Source of the DNA: Gordius albopunctatus
Taxonomy: Eukaryota
Length of the DNA: 64,000 bases
NCBI GenBank assembly: GCA_964276515.1
Contig: OZ193909.1
Location: forward strand, 16,182,001 to 16,246,000
Direction of reading: 5' to 3'
Position 1 is the stretch's first letter. Each line of letters begins with the position of its first letter. Of the stretch, positions 45,101 through 58,800 are shown one piece after another. The translations under genes and the position numbers were made by a program. Under the pieces are notes generated by a model, which searched no databases, was not told the DNA's origin, and saw nothing but the letters and a program-made list of their open reading frames with translations.

Positions 45101-48100
45101 TCCCGATTTCGAACAGGCAATCTCTATTAAAAATCACCCTTTTCTCTCGGTGAAATTAGTTAATCTTTATTATATATGTGTTTTATGAATTTTATCCTAT
45201 TGTTTTAGCTTAATATAGCTATCACTTTGAAATGCACGCGGCATTTTTTTGGGTTTCAGCATAAAAATTTGCTCGTTTTACTTTTGGGTATTATAGGCAT
45301 TTTCGAACTTATGTGGATAAATTTCGTTTTTTGTAGATAAATCGTCAAGAGAGTAAATACTAGAGGGGAAATATAGGCACTTACTAAGCGACTATCAATC
45401 CCTCAGTTTAAAGTCGTTATACTACTAGTCTTGTTTGACTCTTTTATCCGTTTTTTTTATTCCGATGATTTATATCGCTTATTCACTTTTTTATAGTTAA
45501 AGAAATGAAATTAAGTCATTAAGGGGGTCTAGTAGCGGTAATATCAATATACCATATTTTTAATCCCAGTGCAGTTAGTATCTTATATTAAATTTGGTTT
45601 GACATAAGTCTATTAATGTAAAACTTAATCATTGATTAAAGATTTCAGAATTTCTTCTTATGATTAGTATATGTTATTAGCTATCCCCGTAAGTTTTTGT
45701 AAAATTTTTAATTTAAACCTAGTGGCCAAATATTTCCCCTGTTCTGCTAAATAAATTTTCGCTCTTAACCATTATTTTATTCGTTTTAATCTTTACTTTA
45801 TAATGTAGCCTGCGAAAGCAATGAAATTGGAGTTTAAACCTCAAAGATCGAAATCGTCTACCATGGTATGATCATCTTTAGATGATTTACTTGGCCTTAT
45901 TTATATATCTAAAGAATATGCATTAAAGAGTTTTAATTTATATAGTAGCAAAATTTCGCTGATAAATTAATTTGAGACACATATGAACAAACAACTAGTA
46001 TGCGCACGATTGAAACCAAATCCCCTATAAAATGACATGATGCCTACAATCTCTCTAGTTATCCTGAAGCCTACCCTTTTTCGTACATTAGTCACTTTAC
46101 AAATTGTCAAAGTTATTGAGCCATTATTTCATTTCAGCCCTATTTATCCACTGATGCTTCAATTAAACTGAACCCAAAAAGAGATAATCTAGGGGAGGGG
46201 GCAAGAAGGGGCATCTACCCCTTAGAGATTTTTTAAAAAGTAAAAAAATATGGAACTAGCAACATTTTGTCCATCCTTACACTATTCCTTACCACTCATG
46301 GTACACGCCTTTTATCCGAATTGAGGCAAGGCTTAATGAAATATTGAGAATTTGATTCGGATGTTTGTACAAAAATTGACATTTTATTCTCTACTAAAAC
46401 ATGATTTTTCCCCATAATTCAGCCGCATCAAGAAGAAGAGGGATTGGGATTTCAAGCTAGGCGGGGCAAAGGGTATTACGTGACGCGTAAGCGAAAACAA
46501 AGACTAGAACAAGGAGCAGAGGGGTCCGATGGTGGACCGCTCGCCTCCGAGGTTGCCATACAATGCCACGGCCCTAAATGCGTTAGGTCTTCTCGTGCCG
46601 GCTCTAAATATTGCTCTGACGATTGCGGACTTAAACTGGCCACCAAGTATGTAATTTATTATATCACTACGTGCTAAGAATTAAAAAACTCATTAATTTT
46701 TTTAGGGGGGGGGTGTAGTTTTTTTGAAATATTGCTGGCAGAAATGGACGAAAATAGGGGTTGGTATAGGCCTTGTCTTTGAACAAGAGCTCGCGGGTTC
46801 AAATCCCGCTTTCGGCACTTTGTTTCTAAAAATTTAAAATATATCACATCGTCAACACTGCTGTCAGGCCTGGATAAAGCAGCTGACTATCTATCTTAGT
46901 GTGACAGGCAGCCATTACATTATAGTCTGGTATGTTAAGAATTGACATCCCGACATTAAAATTGATAGAAATCTGAGCTTAAATTAGGCGAGCATCTTTT
47001 ATGTGCTGGAAATTGGATTCTGCTACGCTACTATAGAATGGATAAATTTGTCGTAACTTAGGGGGGGTTGGAATGATTGTTTTTCATTTAGCTCTAAGTA
47101 GACTCATAATGAAACAAAATACCAAAAATGTATAAGATAAATGCAAAAAATTTGTTTATGAAACGAAATGGGACATTTGTATATAATATAAAATCTCTAT
47201 TGCCTAAAAACCTTAAATTTGATCAAATTATAATTTTTTAAACGCTGAGAAGTAATAAAAATTCTAATTTATCCTCAGAATTAATCTTCTACTATTGAAA
47301 GGATGCTAATCCATACTCTTTGGTTGATATGAAGGACCAATGTTTAATAAATATCATTTATTTATATAAATATCGATTTGATTATAATTATATAGTTAAA
47401 TATTAATAGCCAAAGCCGAGTTGTTAAAATCATATGTTTTTTTTAGTTATATTTTAATTCTTTTGTTTCCCAGACCCCTCTTTACGAATGATGATATAGA
47501 TATTATTTTCTTTTTATTATCCTCGGTTTGTTATTATCATTTTATTAATTATTCCTTTATTGCTAAATTGATTAAATTTTTTAATTTAAATTAATTGCTA
47601 GACGAATTTTCGAATTTTTGCCGATGCGCATCCAACAGTGGCAAAACAATCCCTCAATCACGGATCTCAAAAACAAAGCTCAATGGGAACGGGTTCGGGT
47701 TAAACAGCTCGAATCGCAACGCAAATTGGAAGAACTCAAAGAGAAGAAAGATCAATTAGAAACCCTGATAAGGAAGGCGAAGTCATTTGCTATAGACCCT
47801 GAACAAGATGTAGGCATAATACGCTTGTATCCTTTTTTTCCTCGAGCTCCTTGGGGTCTATATGACCCCACTTAAGGTTTCCACGCTGAGACCGCGTTTT
47901 TTGTCAACTAAAAATTTTACACCCATAGGGGTATGGTATAATAATTCTTCTTCTTTATCATGTGTTTGGTACCACAGTCGTGGTGTTTGTTTTGACGAGT
48001 TTCTTCCATCTTGATCGGGTAAGTGGCATGTCTTGATTAATCTTCTTAGTTTTCATAATTTTGTCGACTTGCCCTTTCCACGTGACACGAGGTCGTCCTC

Positions 48101-51100
48101 TTCCTCTCTTCCCCGGTACCTCCATGTCCGATACTTTTCGATTTGTATCATTCGTTTCCCCTTTTGCCCATACCACCTTAGCCGATTTATAATGTGTGCA
48201 AAATGTAAAATTTTGATTATTAAAAGAAAAGATATGAATTGATTACGTTTTTAGTACTTGCTTCTCAATATTAATGGAAGAATGAAGGGGTTCGTATAAT
48301 AGGCAAGGTGATAAATATTTGCCATTGCACGGGCACGGGTCGTTTCTTCATGTTTCTTTTACAAATCCTAACCTTATATAGCCGTTGTCATATTTTATTT
48401 CAGTGACAATTAAAGGATTTTAAAGCATTTTTCTTCTGACGTTTTTGTCATTAAAGTTCAACTTTTTAAGGTTTTTTTGGTAATAACCTTCTTGCAAGTT
48501 TTCAGACACCGCAATAAGTTCAAGACCCACAGTAATGTTCTATCCCACAAAAAATGTTCAGTTCCACTTTCAAAATTTATTTTATGATTATCGTATTCCA
48601 AATTTTTTACGATGAATCCTCCCACAAAAACGCGGATTATATCAATAATGATAATGATGATAACAATAACTCTAGTTTTAAAAATGCATATTTCTGATGG
48701 AGGACGATTAGCGGAAACGCGGGGGGAAGGAAGAGGATGAATTTGCAATTATAAAATGAAACTTTATATATATATATATATATATATATTGAATATGCTA
48801 CAGTAAGTTTATACAGATACAATACAACTTTTAAGCAAACCTTAACTTTATGTGTGGTCTTTTGTGTTTGTCGATAGGCTTTAGAATCGGAGGTTGAAGA
48901 TATAGATGCGAGCGTATTTTGTGTCACTTGTGGTCATCCCATACACCCCAAAACCGCCGCCCGTCACATGGATAAATGCTTCGCCAAGGTTAATCCCATA
49001 TTTGTTCAAACCTTCTCGATCCCTTAAACATAACGTCTTATAATTATTTTGCCTTGAAATTATTTAGTTGAAAAAAGGGGAGATTTTAAAGTATATATAT
49101 CCAGCTTAAAAAATGCTTTACCTACATCTCATGGATAATATCCATTCTTCGCAGTTGCAACACAAAATTTGCTAGCCATTTAATATTCTTTAGTAAATTG
49201 CCTTTAATCGAGCTACGTGTTAAGACTCTCTTTCAAGAAATCTATTTTGTTACGACTTATCCCTAATTCATCGGATGAGATTTTTTTAGCTAATCAGGAC
49301 ATCATTGATTAGCCTGACTTAATATTATTATATGTTCGCTAATTTAATATCTAAAGTTTAAATATCAAATTGCGGATTTTTAATTATTTTGCCTTTAAAT
49401 AACAGGAATCACAGTTTCAAGTGTTCTACCTTTGTTTCAATGAATTTGGATTAAATAATTTTGTAAAGTTGCACGAAACTTTTTGCACTCGTTTTGTTAA
49501 GGAATGAAAATTTAAAAGTTTTAAATTGCCTTTAATTTGTCCTCATGTCCAAGCACCACCTCTTAAACAATACGATATAATCTTCTTTTAGTGGTCTAAT
49601 CGTTGTGATAAAGTTTTTTATTGGGGAACCTTTAGATTTACCATAAACGAGAGATGGGATAATAGAAGATGTCCACTTATAAACGTCTGGGTTTTGTTTT
49701 TTCGACCTTTGCTGTTAGTCGACGAAACATTAACAGACCAAAAGTTTTTTGGTCTATTTTTCTTAGTTGACTTCTAGACTTGGTCGAAATTTGAAAAACA
49801 GACCAGAGATCGACCGTTAGTCTTAGTTGAAGCAAAGGTCGTCCAAATAAAGCCCAGCCTTTTTTACAACTCTAGATGTCACTCTATAAGTATTAATTAA
49901 ACAACTTTAAATTTTATTGGTTCGTATATTATAATTTAATCAAAAAATATGTAAGTTTTTAATCGTATAATTAATTATATTTGCTTATGCGCGTGTTTTT
50001 TAGTTCGAAAGTCAAACGTCATACGGCTCCGTTTACCAAACCAACGTGGGAATGGATCTATTCTGTGATACCTACAACGCCGATTCTCAAACCTATTGCA
50101 AAAGGCTGAAAGTCTTGTGTCCAGAACACACGAAGGAGCCCAAGGTTAAAAATTATTTCAACCTTGGTAACCATTTTTTGGCTTAGTTCTGCTTGTAGTA
50201 GTAGCGCTTGTTTTTTGATATAATAAGTTCGCGTTTTATAATCATTTGATCTAGGAGATTGAATCGCGTTTTTTTAAAGTTGACCCTAAATAATATATAT
50301 CGTGAATGTATAGGAAAATGTTTAGATTGGAGACGATATTTTAATCCTGAAAAATTACAATATAGTCATCCCAATTTATCATAAATGATATACTTTTACA
50401 TTTAATTAGTGAAAACTATATGTTAGATAAAGTACCCCCCCCCCCTTGAAATAGTAAATATGTCAATCGAGCAGATTTTTTCTCAATTTATGCGGTTCTG
50501 CACGGTGATTGGAGTCCTTAGGTGCAACCAAATTGTTTAACTCGCAGTGCCCCTCCTACTGACTTCAATATTACTTTTGCACGATTCATTTGATTTATGC
50601 AAAATTAAATAGGTCTATTCGACTCAACAAATATAGAATTTAATGATAGATGCTTTAAAATTAGATTTTTTATGCTTAGGTGGATGAAAATGAAGTTTGC
50701 GGATTTCCCCTGGTTAAGAATGTTTTCGAAGAAACGGGCCTTTTTTGTAGGGTATCTAAAAAGAAATGCATGAAACATTACTCCTGGGATAAACTTAGGA
50801 GGGCAGAAATTGACATGGAGAAAGTTCGGCAGGTAATAAAGAGTTTTCTTTTTGATTTTTTAACATCATTTACTTTAGTGATATGCTTCGGGTTGTTGTT
50901 TTTGAGATATTAAATAAATGTTCATTTTAAATGTATATGGGTAAACTTTGTGAAATGGATGTTATAGCTTTCGTATTAACATCGATTCTATGCCATCCTT
51001 ATCTTATCCAAATTTTGTTGATGAGTTTATTCCATTTACGTTCCATCTTTATTATATATGTTTATTTAATTGTTACTTCAATAAATTTATATTTTGCCAG

Positions 51101-51777
51101 AGTTTTCTCTAAAGCGGTGTCATATTCTTTGGTTATACAAGGTTTAAAAGTGCAATCTTTATGGAGTTAGTATCTTTGAAAAATTAACCGATTAATTTAG
51201 CCCTCTATCTTACTTCGGATTTAGTTTTTCGGATGGATTAATTTGATCTTTTTAGTCTGCTTGAAAAACGTTTTCTAAAAGAACATCTCACTTATAAAAT
51301 TATCTAAAAGGATTTGTTGAATTAATAATTATCGACAAATCCCATGTCTATTTTTACGTTTTTATATTTTTGATAACGAGTATCGAACACATTAAATTGT
51401 TTAATAATAAAAATGGTATTAACCATGTTTTTATATCAAACGGGCAGCTCCTGATTTTGGATGATTTATTCGAGGAAGAAAGGCAAATCCGAACCACGCT
51501 TTCCAATAGGGCCGGTGTTTTGGGCTTAATTTTGCATCAAACCATCTCCCACCACAATCCAAATTACTTACCCCCGGCTTATATGTCCGGTGGGGTCAAT
51601 TTGACCCCATCCAATCCCCTTCCCCGTGGTGATAGTTACTCTAGTCAAAAGGCCCCAAACCCTCAATCAAATCATGCGGCCGCACAAAGGTCTTACTCCT
51701 TCAATGACGAATACAAGAAATCTTTGATCCAAAAGGGACAAAACATACCCCGAGATAATTTTGTCACCAAATTTTAA
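42112..51777 (+). CDS. CXXC1: CXXC-type zinc finger protein 1 (CFP1; SET1/COMPASS subunit)
   Basis: Exons 42112-42203, 42238-42338 (PHD: YCICR..FMICCDECNEWFHGDC), 42502-42626, 42952-43035, 43086-43154 (CXXC: CGEC..C..DCGKCDYCKDMKKYGGPNRIRQKC), 43286-43382, 44046-44256, 44984-45116 or -45149, 45809-45865, 46423-46646 (QCHGPKC..SKYCSDDCG), 47602-47809, 48878-48988, 50004-50144 (YCKRLKVLCPEH), 50680-50832, 51448-51777. Confidence 0.95.
46747..47000 (+). mobile_element. tRNA-derived SINE-like element or tRNA pseudogene (head 46747-46817)
   Basis: Perfect T-arm GCGGG-TTCAAAT-CCCGC (B box), acceptor-like gacgaaa / tttcggc, anticodon-like stem cttgt / acaag with a 6-nt loop; D arm does not fold. 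3' boundary approximate. Confidence 0.6.
47945..48190 (-). mobile_element. RTE family B, 3' fragment
   Basis: MEVPGKRGRGRPRVTWKGQV; (GAA)n tail. Confidence 0.88.
49680..49874. mobile_element. MITE of the ...ttttacaac(a/t)cta family
   Basis: Internal inverted repeats ctgggttttg..cgacctttg / caaaggtcg..cccagcc; similar segments at 44817-44910 and 53090-53201. Confidence 0.7.
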
Positions 51778-52838
51778 AACGAATTTATAACGTCAAATGT
51801 TCATTTTTCCCACAATTAAATCTCGTTTATAATTGAGTGTTGAAAGATGCAAAGCTTTTTGTTCAAAAAAACACCATTTATAAAGGCATCGATGCTTGTA
51901 TTATGAATCAATAATTAGTGAAAGTTATTAACACGATATTCCAATTTCGTGCACTAAAATTACGTAGTTTAACATCGCACCCATTATAAACTTTTCTATT
52001 GTGGGTAAATTTGAACGTTGCCCTTTTATAAAATTCGGCCCGAACCCACACAGAATTGTTCACCAAGACCATGTGGAAATTTCGGATATTCTTAGATTTT
52101 AATATTTATTGCTGTAGAGCTGGGGCTTTGCACGGCTCAAAATCATTATTTACCGATTGATAAAAATATGTATTTTTATAATATTTTTATTGGTTAGTAT
52201 GTTTAAATATATTTAAAATATTAAATTTTCTATTGTTGCATGGGTATTGCTTCCACGTTCCTAGAAAAGTTTAAGATATTTTATAATATAAATATGTTGA
52301 AATTAATTTCAATATTTTTCTTAGCCCAGTATATGATTATCCCATTATTTAATATCATTTATCTGTCTAATATTAATGTACAACCGTAGACTAGATAGCA
52401 GACTGCTCATTAGCTTTAAATAACTTTAGATTTGTAGAATAAAATAATTACATTAAAATACAGTCAGGAAAATCTATGGTTGAAATAAACTTAATTACTC
52501 GATGGCGAAATGCAATAATTACAGCAATCTTTTAAAAATTGTTTATCCTAGGTTTTTATAAAATTTTATATAGTTCTATGGTTTGAAGAGAATTAAAACA
52601 ACTTTATTAATGATTTAAATTTATTATGGCCAAAATAAATTATTTTAGATTAAATTTTACATTTATTTGAAACATATAAATACCGAGACGTTGCATAGTT
52701 ACGTTATATGTATTTACGAAAAAGTCTTTGAAACGTCGTTTATATATTATAATTTTGAGCAAATTTTCGTTTTTGTAGGTGTAAAAAGGGGTCGTTTCGA
52801 AGTATTAGTATAAATATGATTTTATTAGAAGACGTTTT

Positions 52839-55800
52839 TTAGTTATTTGTGGCTGCCGCTCTTCTTTTCATAAGAATTGCCAAAGCGCTTGGTAGTTGTC
52901 TGTCGGGATGTAAAGCCGCATATCGGGTACTAGGTCTTTCCCAAGCCTCCAATCTCTTTATTTTTTGATAACTGTCATAACAAATGGGATCCGTTTGCGT
53001 TTTGGAATCGCCTTGTATACACAAATAAATTTCCAAAATATCAATAAACGACATCAAACTCATGATTTGGGGGTGTAGCCAGGATCTAAACATTAACAAA
53101 TCAAACGTTTTTTGGCCTGTTTTTCTTAGTCGACCTCTAGGTTTGGTCTAAATTTGGAAAAAGACCAGAGTCTACCAAATTTAGCCGTTTTTGCAACTCT
53201 AGTCCAACTAACTGAAATCATGGATTATTGCCATGGGAAGTTGTAATATTTTAAAATTTTTAATTCGGCGATTGTAAAATTATTTAAACCTGAAATGAAA
53301 GTAGCGAAGATATAATTATTTCTTTTCTCGTGGGATGCCTTTAATTTACATACAAATATATCAAAGAAGGTCATGAATTTACTAAAGGATTTTGTTATAA
53401 AATCCTTTGTAATACTAGAATGAGCCTGCCAAAATATATGCTAAAACTTGAATAATATAATCATAGGCAATTTAGTAAATAAAAATGATGTCAACATAAT
53501 CACCCAAAACATCTAATTGACATTGTTGACTGTTGATTAACAATTTTTCCTCCAAATTTTGGTAATAAATATTGACCTGGTAAAAGCCCCTGTCGTGATA
53601 ATTGAGAGGATCAATTATCAATGAAACCACACCAAACTCGTATGCCATTTTAAACCTGTTACCTAATAAATTTTTGTAAAGATAAATATTATAAAAGATA
53701 ACTTTAAGAAACTTTGATTCAAAGCTACAAATAAAATTAGTCATTTTTAAATGTAATTAAGACCACTTAAAACATCCTTTTAAATATTATTTTACACATG
53801 TCTATTTATATATACAATATATTAAAACAATATTTTTCACAAATAAATCTAAAAAATCTTGAGAAAATTGATTTATATCACTTCCTTCTGATTAAAATGA
53901 ATTTCCCTCATTAAATAGATCAAAATGTAGTAATAATTTTTCTTGAATCTATTGAAGAACCCGGTTTTCCCCAATAATTTAACATAGAACTAAACGTACG
54001 TTACTATCTCAGTATGTTCATAAAATGACACTGGTTAAAAACTAATGGACTTTTAAAATCAACTGGCAAACTGTTTACAGATTCATATTTAATTAAAATT
54101 TTACCGATTAATTACCAAGTTATTGACGTTTAAAAAACGACAAAATCGCTGTTTCTAGCAACTTTGATAGCAAATATTTCAAAAACTCGAAAAGTTCAAT
54201 ATATATTTGTGTTCAGCGAAAACTCTACCAGAGCCAACAACAGTTTGCCTGTCGATTTTTGTTGTTGAAGCTTTTAATTATAGAGTTGAATCCTCGTTTT
54301 TATTTAAAATTTATATTATAGCCCATTAAATTAAATCTAAAAAATCCTAAATATACTTGTATGAATTATAAAAAGCACTATAAATCATCTCCTATCGTTA
54401 TATTTTCAAAACTTCAATTGTTTCCGAAATTTAAAAAAAATTAAATAAACAAACCGCTAAAAATTCATTATTTTCTAAACTAAGTCGAGTATTTAAGATT
54501 GTATTACTCGAAGTTAAAGGCGTTTGGTTATGAAGCCACTCCACGATAAGATCCGAATTTTGCAATTTTTCATTGGTGATAGTGATTTCCATATCAAGGA
54601 CGGCTCTGGTGTTTTCATACTTCGTGATTTTAGGTTTCAAGGCACGCAATACAACAAAATCATCTTTACTCAAGGATAAAGAAACATCTAAATTATTTTG
54701 TACGATTGGATGTTCGAGTAATTTGATTTGTTTCAGACTGGATTTTGATATGGGGCTACATTGAATGTGAGTTGTTGTGTCTTGTAAAAAACCGGTTTTA
54801 AAGATGAAAGAGAAATTTGTTAAACAGACTATTTTTGATGTTATTGATAAATTAACCTTTACGATGGATATATTATTTATCTGGCGCGGCTAATTAGAAT
54901 AGAGGTGAAAAACAAATTCGTAAGTAAACAGTTTTGACAATTAGGGGTTGAAATAATTTGTCAAAATGTTACTTATTTAAATTAAAATTTTATTGAAACA
55001 TCGATTAAATACATATATTACAATTATATATTAGAATTATAATGTATCTTAGTGTGGAGGCTTGTTTATATTCTACTCAGGCCCGTAGCCAACTCCCCCC
55101 CCCCCCGGCCAAAATTTGAATTTTTTTTATCAATACCTAAATTAAATGGGTTAAATTATTATAGTTTAGCTGCATGAAAGATTTTAAGAGACTTATAAAA
55201 ACAAGGAAAAAGAATATATATATATATATATATATTAGTTTACATTTCGACAAAGAAGCTTATACCCACCCCACGATTATAATTTTTATGAATTTGATTG
55301 TGCAAACTGCTATGAAAGGAAAATTGAGTGAGATTTTTTTACCTTAAAAACACCAAAACCTCCTATTCCTAATAAATAGCTAGCTAGCTAGGCGATTAGG
55401 TTAGGTGTAATATAGTAATAGATTTCATATATATTTCACTTATTAAAAATATTATGGTCAATCATTTTATATTGTTGAGTTGAGGGACTATCAAACAAAA
55501 TAAATATCATTTATGGTTATGCATCCTATCCTATATATACAAACATTTTAATCCAATTGATAATTTATAGATGATACCCTGAATTTGTGCAATGATGTAG
55601 ATGAAAATGCCTCACCCGTAGCAATATAGTTAAATTTTTACCTGTATTTTTTAAGGTTTATTAGGAGTTCATGGGCGTAGACAGGGGTAGACAGGCAGGG
55701 GCGACTGCCCCCTCTAAATATAGAAATTCTTAAAGTTTTAGTACACGACATCGTGTCCTCATTCAACTTCGACCTCTGTCGCCAACCCGTTTTAGCGAAC

Positions 55801-58800
55801 GGCCATCATCCTCTACACTGTCAATTCAGCAAAGGGCGGCATCCTCGTCATGTCACAATAAATAAAATAATCGGACAATTTTTAAAGAAAGCCGGCTTTC
55901 CCAACTCAATGGAACCCACGGGCCTAAGCTTCACTGGCGGTAAAAGACCCGACGGTGTAATGATCATCCCGTGGGCTCGTGGCCTAAACGCCTGCTGGGA
56001 CTTCACTAAAGTAGATATATTTCCTAATCTCTTCTACTGAGAGAAAGAAAGTGGAAAAATACAAATATCTCAGCAATATTATTTTTGTAGCAGTAGTAGC
56101 CACGACCCTCGGTAATTTAGGTCCCGAGGGCACCCAATTCCTCAAACAAACAGCAAAATTTATAACCTCCATCACACACGATCCCAAATAATTTTTCAAC
56201 ATCAAGCAGAAAATCACGATGGAAATCGTGAAATCGAATACAATCTCAATCCATGGATCAATGCCAGCTTATTAATTATATATATTTTAGCATATAACAT
56301 ACATAATTATTTGGAAATAAACTTTGATTGATTAAAAAAAATAATTATGGCTTAAATTTCAAAAAATTATGAATTTGCCCCTCTTTAAAGCATTATTGCC
56401 CCCCTCTAGTTTCAATCCTGGCTAAGCCCATATAAGAGTCAATTATATAATATATAAAAAATATTGTTAAATGTAATAATTTAATATTGGATTTAGAATC
56501 AAAATCAAGCTAGCCATATGACATTTATTTATACCTTAATATGCAAAATATTGAGGATAAGTTATCAGAACTTGATAAAATTTATCAATCTAGACCTTTA
56601 TTTGATTGAACGCTCAAATTTAATTACTCCTGGTTTCATAAATGTAGTTGGCTCTCCTGTTTTCACGATGAAAATGGTGTATATTGTAAAATTAGTGTGT
56701 TGCTTGGGCCAATATATGATGGTAAAGGGGAACAAGATTTGAAGGCTCTTGTCTTTGAGCCATTTAAAATATGGAAAGATGCCAGTCAAAGTCTTAACAC
56801 CCATCAAAATAATTTATACCATATAAATTCATTGCAAACAGCCCAGAGATCATTGACCAAATTGACACATATAGAGTGTTTGTTGCAATCGTCAAAAAAA
56901 TGTCCCTATAATTTACACTATATCAACTTTAAGCCTTCAAGGCTTATCATTGCGGGGCCATAAAGATTCAGGACCTTGATGGGAATTTAGGGGCTTTTTT
57001 AAGGTACAGGGCAGGCGCGTAGCCAAGGAGGCGGAAAGCGGGACTTTTCTACCCCCTAGACGAAAATTTTAGAAATACACGTGAAATCAATTACTCTATT
57101 AAACATAATCGCCTACTTGGTTACTTACTAGCAATGGGAGGGTTTGGTATTTTCACGGAAAAAAATCGCTCCTGGCCATCTGGCGAAATGGACATGTGGC
57201 GAATTTGCTAAAAATTTGATAATATTATGCAAGAAATAATCTAAAGTTAAGGAACATATAATATTAACACTCATTTTTGATTATTTTCTGTAAGGAATAT
57301 AAATAATTCTGCTTTGCAATTATCTTTTACAAGTTATATATCATTGGAACATACATAAATTCACTTAGGTTAAATTTTGTATAGGTTAGTTTAATATTAC
57401 TATATATTGGAATTCGAACAAAAAGTATAATATATATTGTATATATAAATTATATATTCCATATAAATATAAATAAGCACACTTTTTTTGCAAATATTAT
57501 GACTTTTCGCCAGCTAGCCATTTCGCCAGATGGGCTGGATTCGAAAAAATGATATATCAATGCTCTAAGTTGTTATAAGCTTTTTGTAGAAATTCAAATT
57601 AAAAACCTGAAATGTATATTTTGTGTTTCAATGTTTATGAAAGTGTCTGGAAATCTTTTATGCAACTAAACCCTAATAATTTAGCCCGTCTAATTTAGTT
57701 ATTAATCCAACAAATTATAGAATTTTGGCCAAGGGCCCAACCCCCCTTGGCTACGCTCCTGTTACTCAGGGTAGTGTCGATAATAAAATTTAAAAATGGA
57801 TCATTATTAGAATAATTACCTGAATGGAGCTACATAAAATTAGTATGAACGCAAGATCGTATTCAAAAATTGTTTATAAAGGGATCATGTAAAAATTTAC
57901 TATTATTCTTAGTACTTTGTTGTAACAAAAGTTAAGCTAGTTTTGCAAGAAAAAAATATTATAAATACTTTTTTATTTAAACAAGCGTACTATTTAGCAA
58001 AAAATTATTACGGATTAATTTCCACCATTGCGTCTCTTAGTTACTGAAAAAAATACATCAGCAAAATTTTAGTGAATCAAAAATAATTAACTCCATGCAA
58101 AAATATGCAATAAAATCAACCCATGAATATGGAAAACACATTTTGTTAGCTAACAAAAGTTCGAAACTATCATGGTTTTGGAATGGGTTTTTATAGCCGT
58201 TCTCCGACCTAACGCCAACCCTCATCACTTTGCACACGGACTCATGGCGAAATATATCGGGTGTAATGTGCGACAAGAAAATGCCAATATTGTTGTGGAG
58301 CAAAACTTACAAATCCATTATAAAACCGGTGATACTCTATGGAAGTGAAGTGACACATGGTCATTAAACACCACAAAAGAAAAGCTATTATAAGCCACTT
58401 AGATGGGAATGGTAGGGTGGAGCTTGAGCTAAACTAAGCTCGACCATATGAAGAATGACTTTCTTGTACAAAAATGGTATTCAACCTATGGCGGACTTGA
58501 TTAACTAAAATCGGCTAAGATGGTATGGGCATACGAATGATTTAAATCTAAAAGTGCTGGACATGGAGGTATCGGGAAAGAGAAGAAGACGACGACGACC
58601 TCCTGTCATCTAAAAAGGGCAAGCTGACAAAGTTATGAAAACTAAGACGATTGCATGGCACTTACCCGATCAAGATGGAAAAAACTCATCATAACAAACC
58701 GCCTAACTGTGGGACCAATTTGTTATGGAAGAAAAGATAGCTAACAAAAATTTTGCGCATTTTAAAGATAAAAATATTTAGATGATTTTAATAATATTTG

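Noticed and set aside
46747..46817. Functional tRNA-Gln(TTG)
   Set aside because: The anticodon loop has 6 nt, the D arm does not pair and the acceptor stem has a mismatch.
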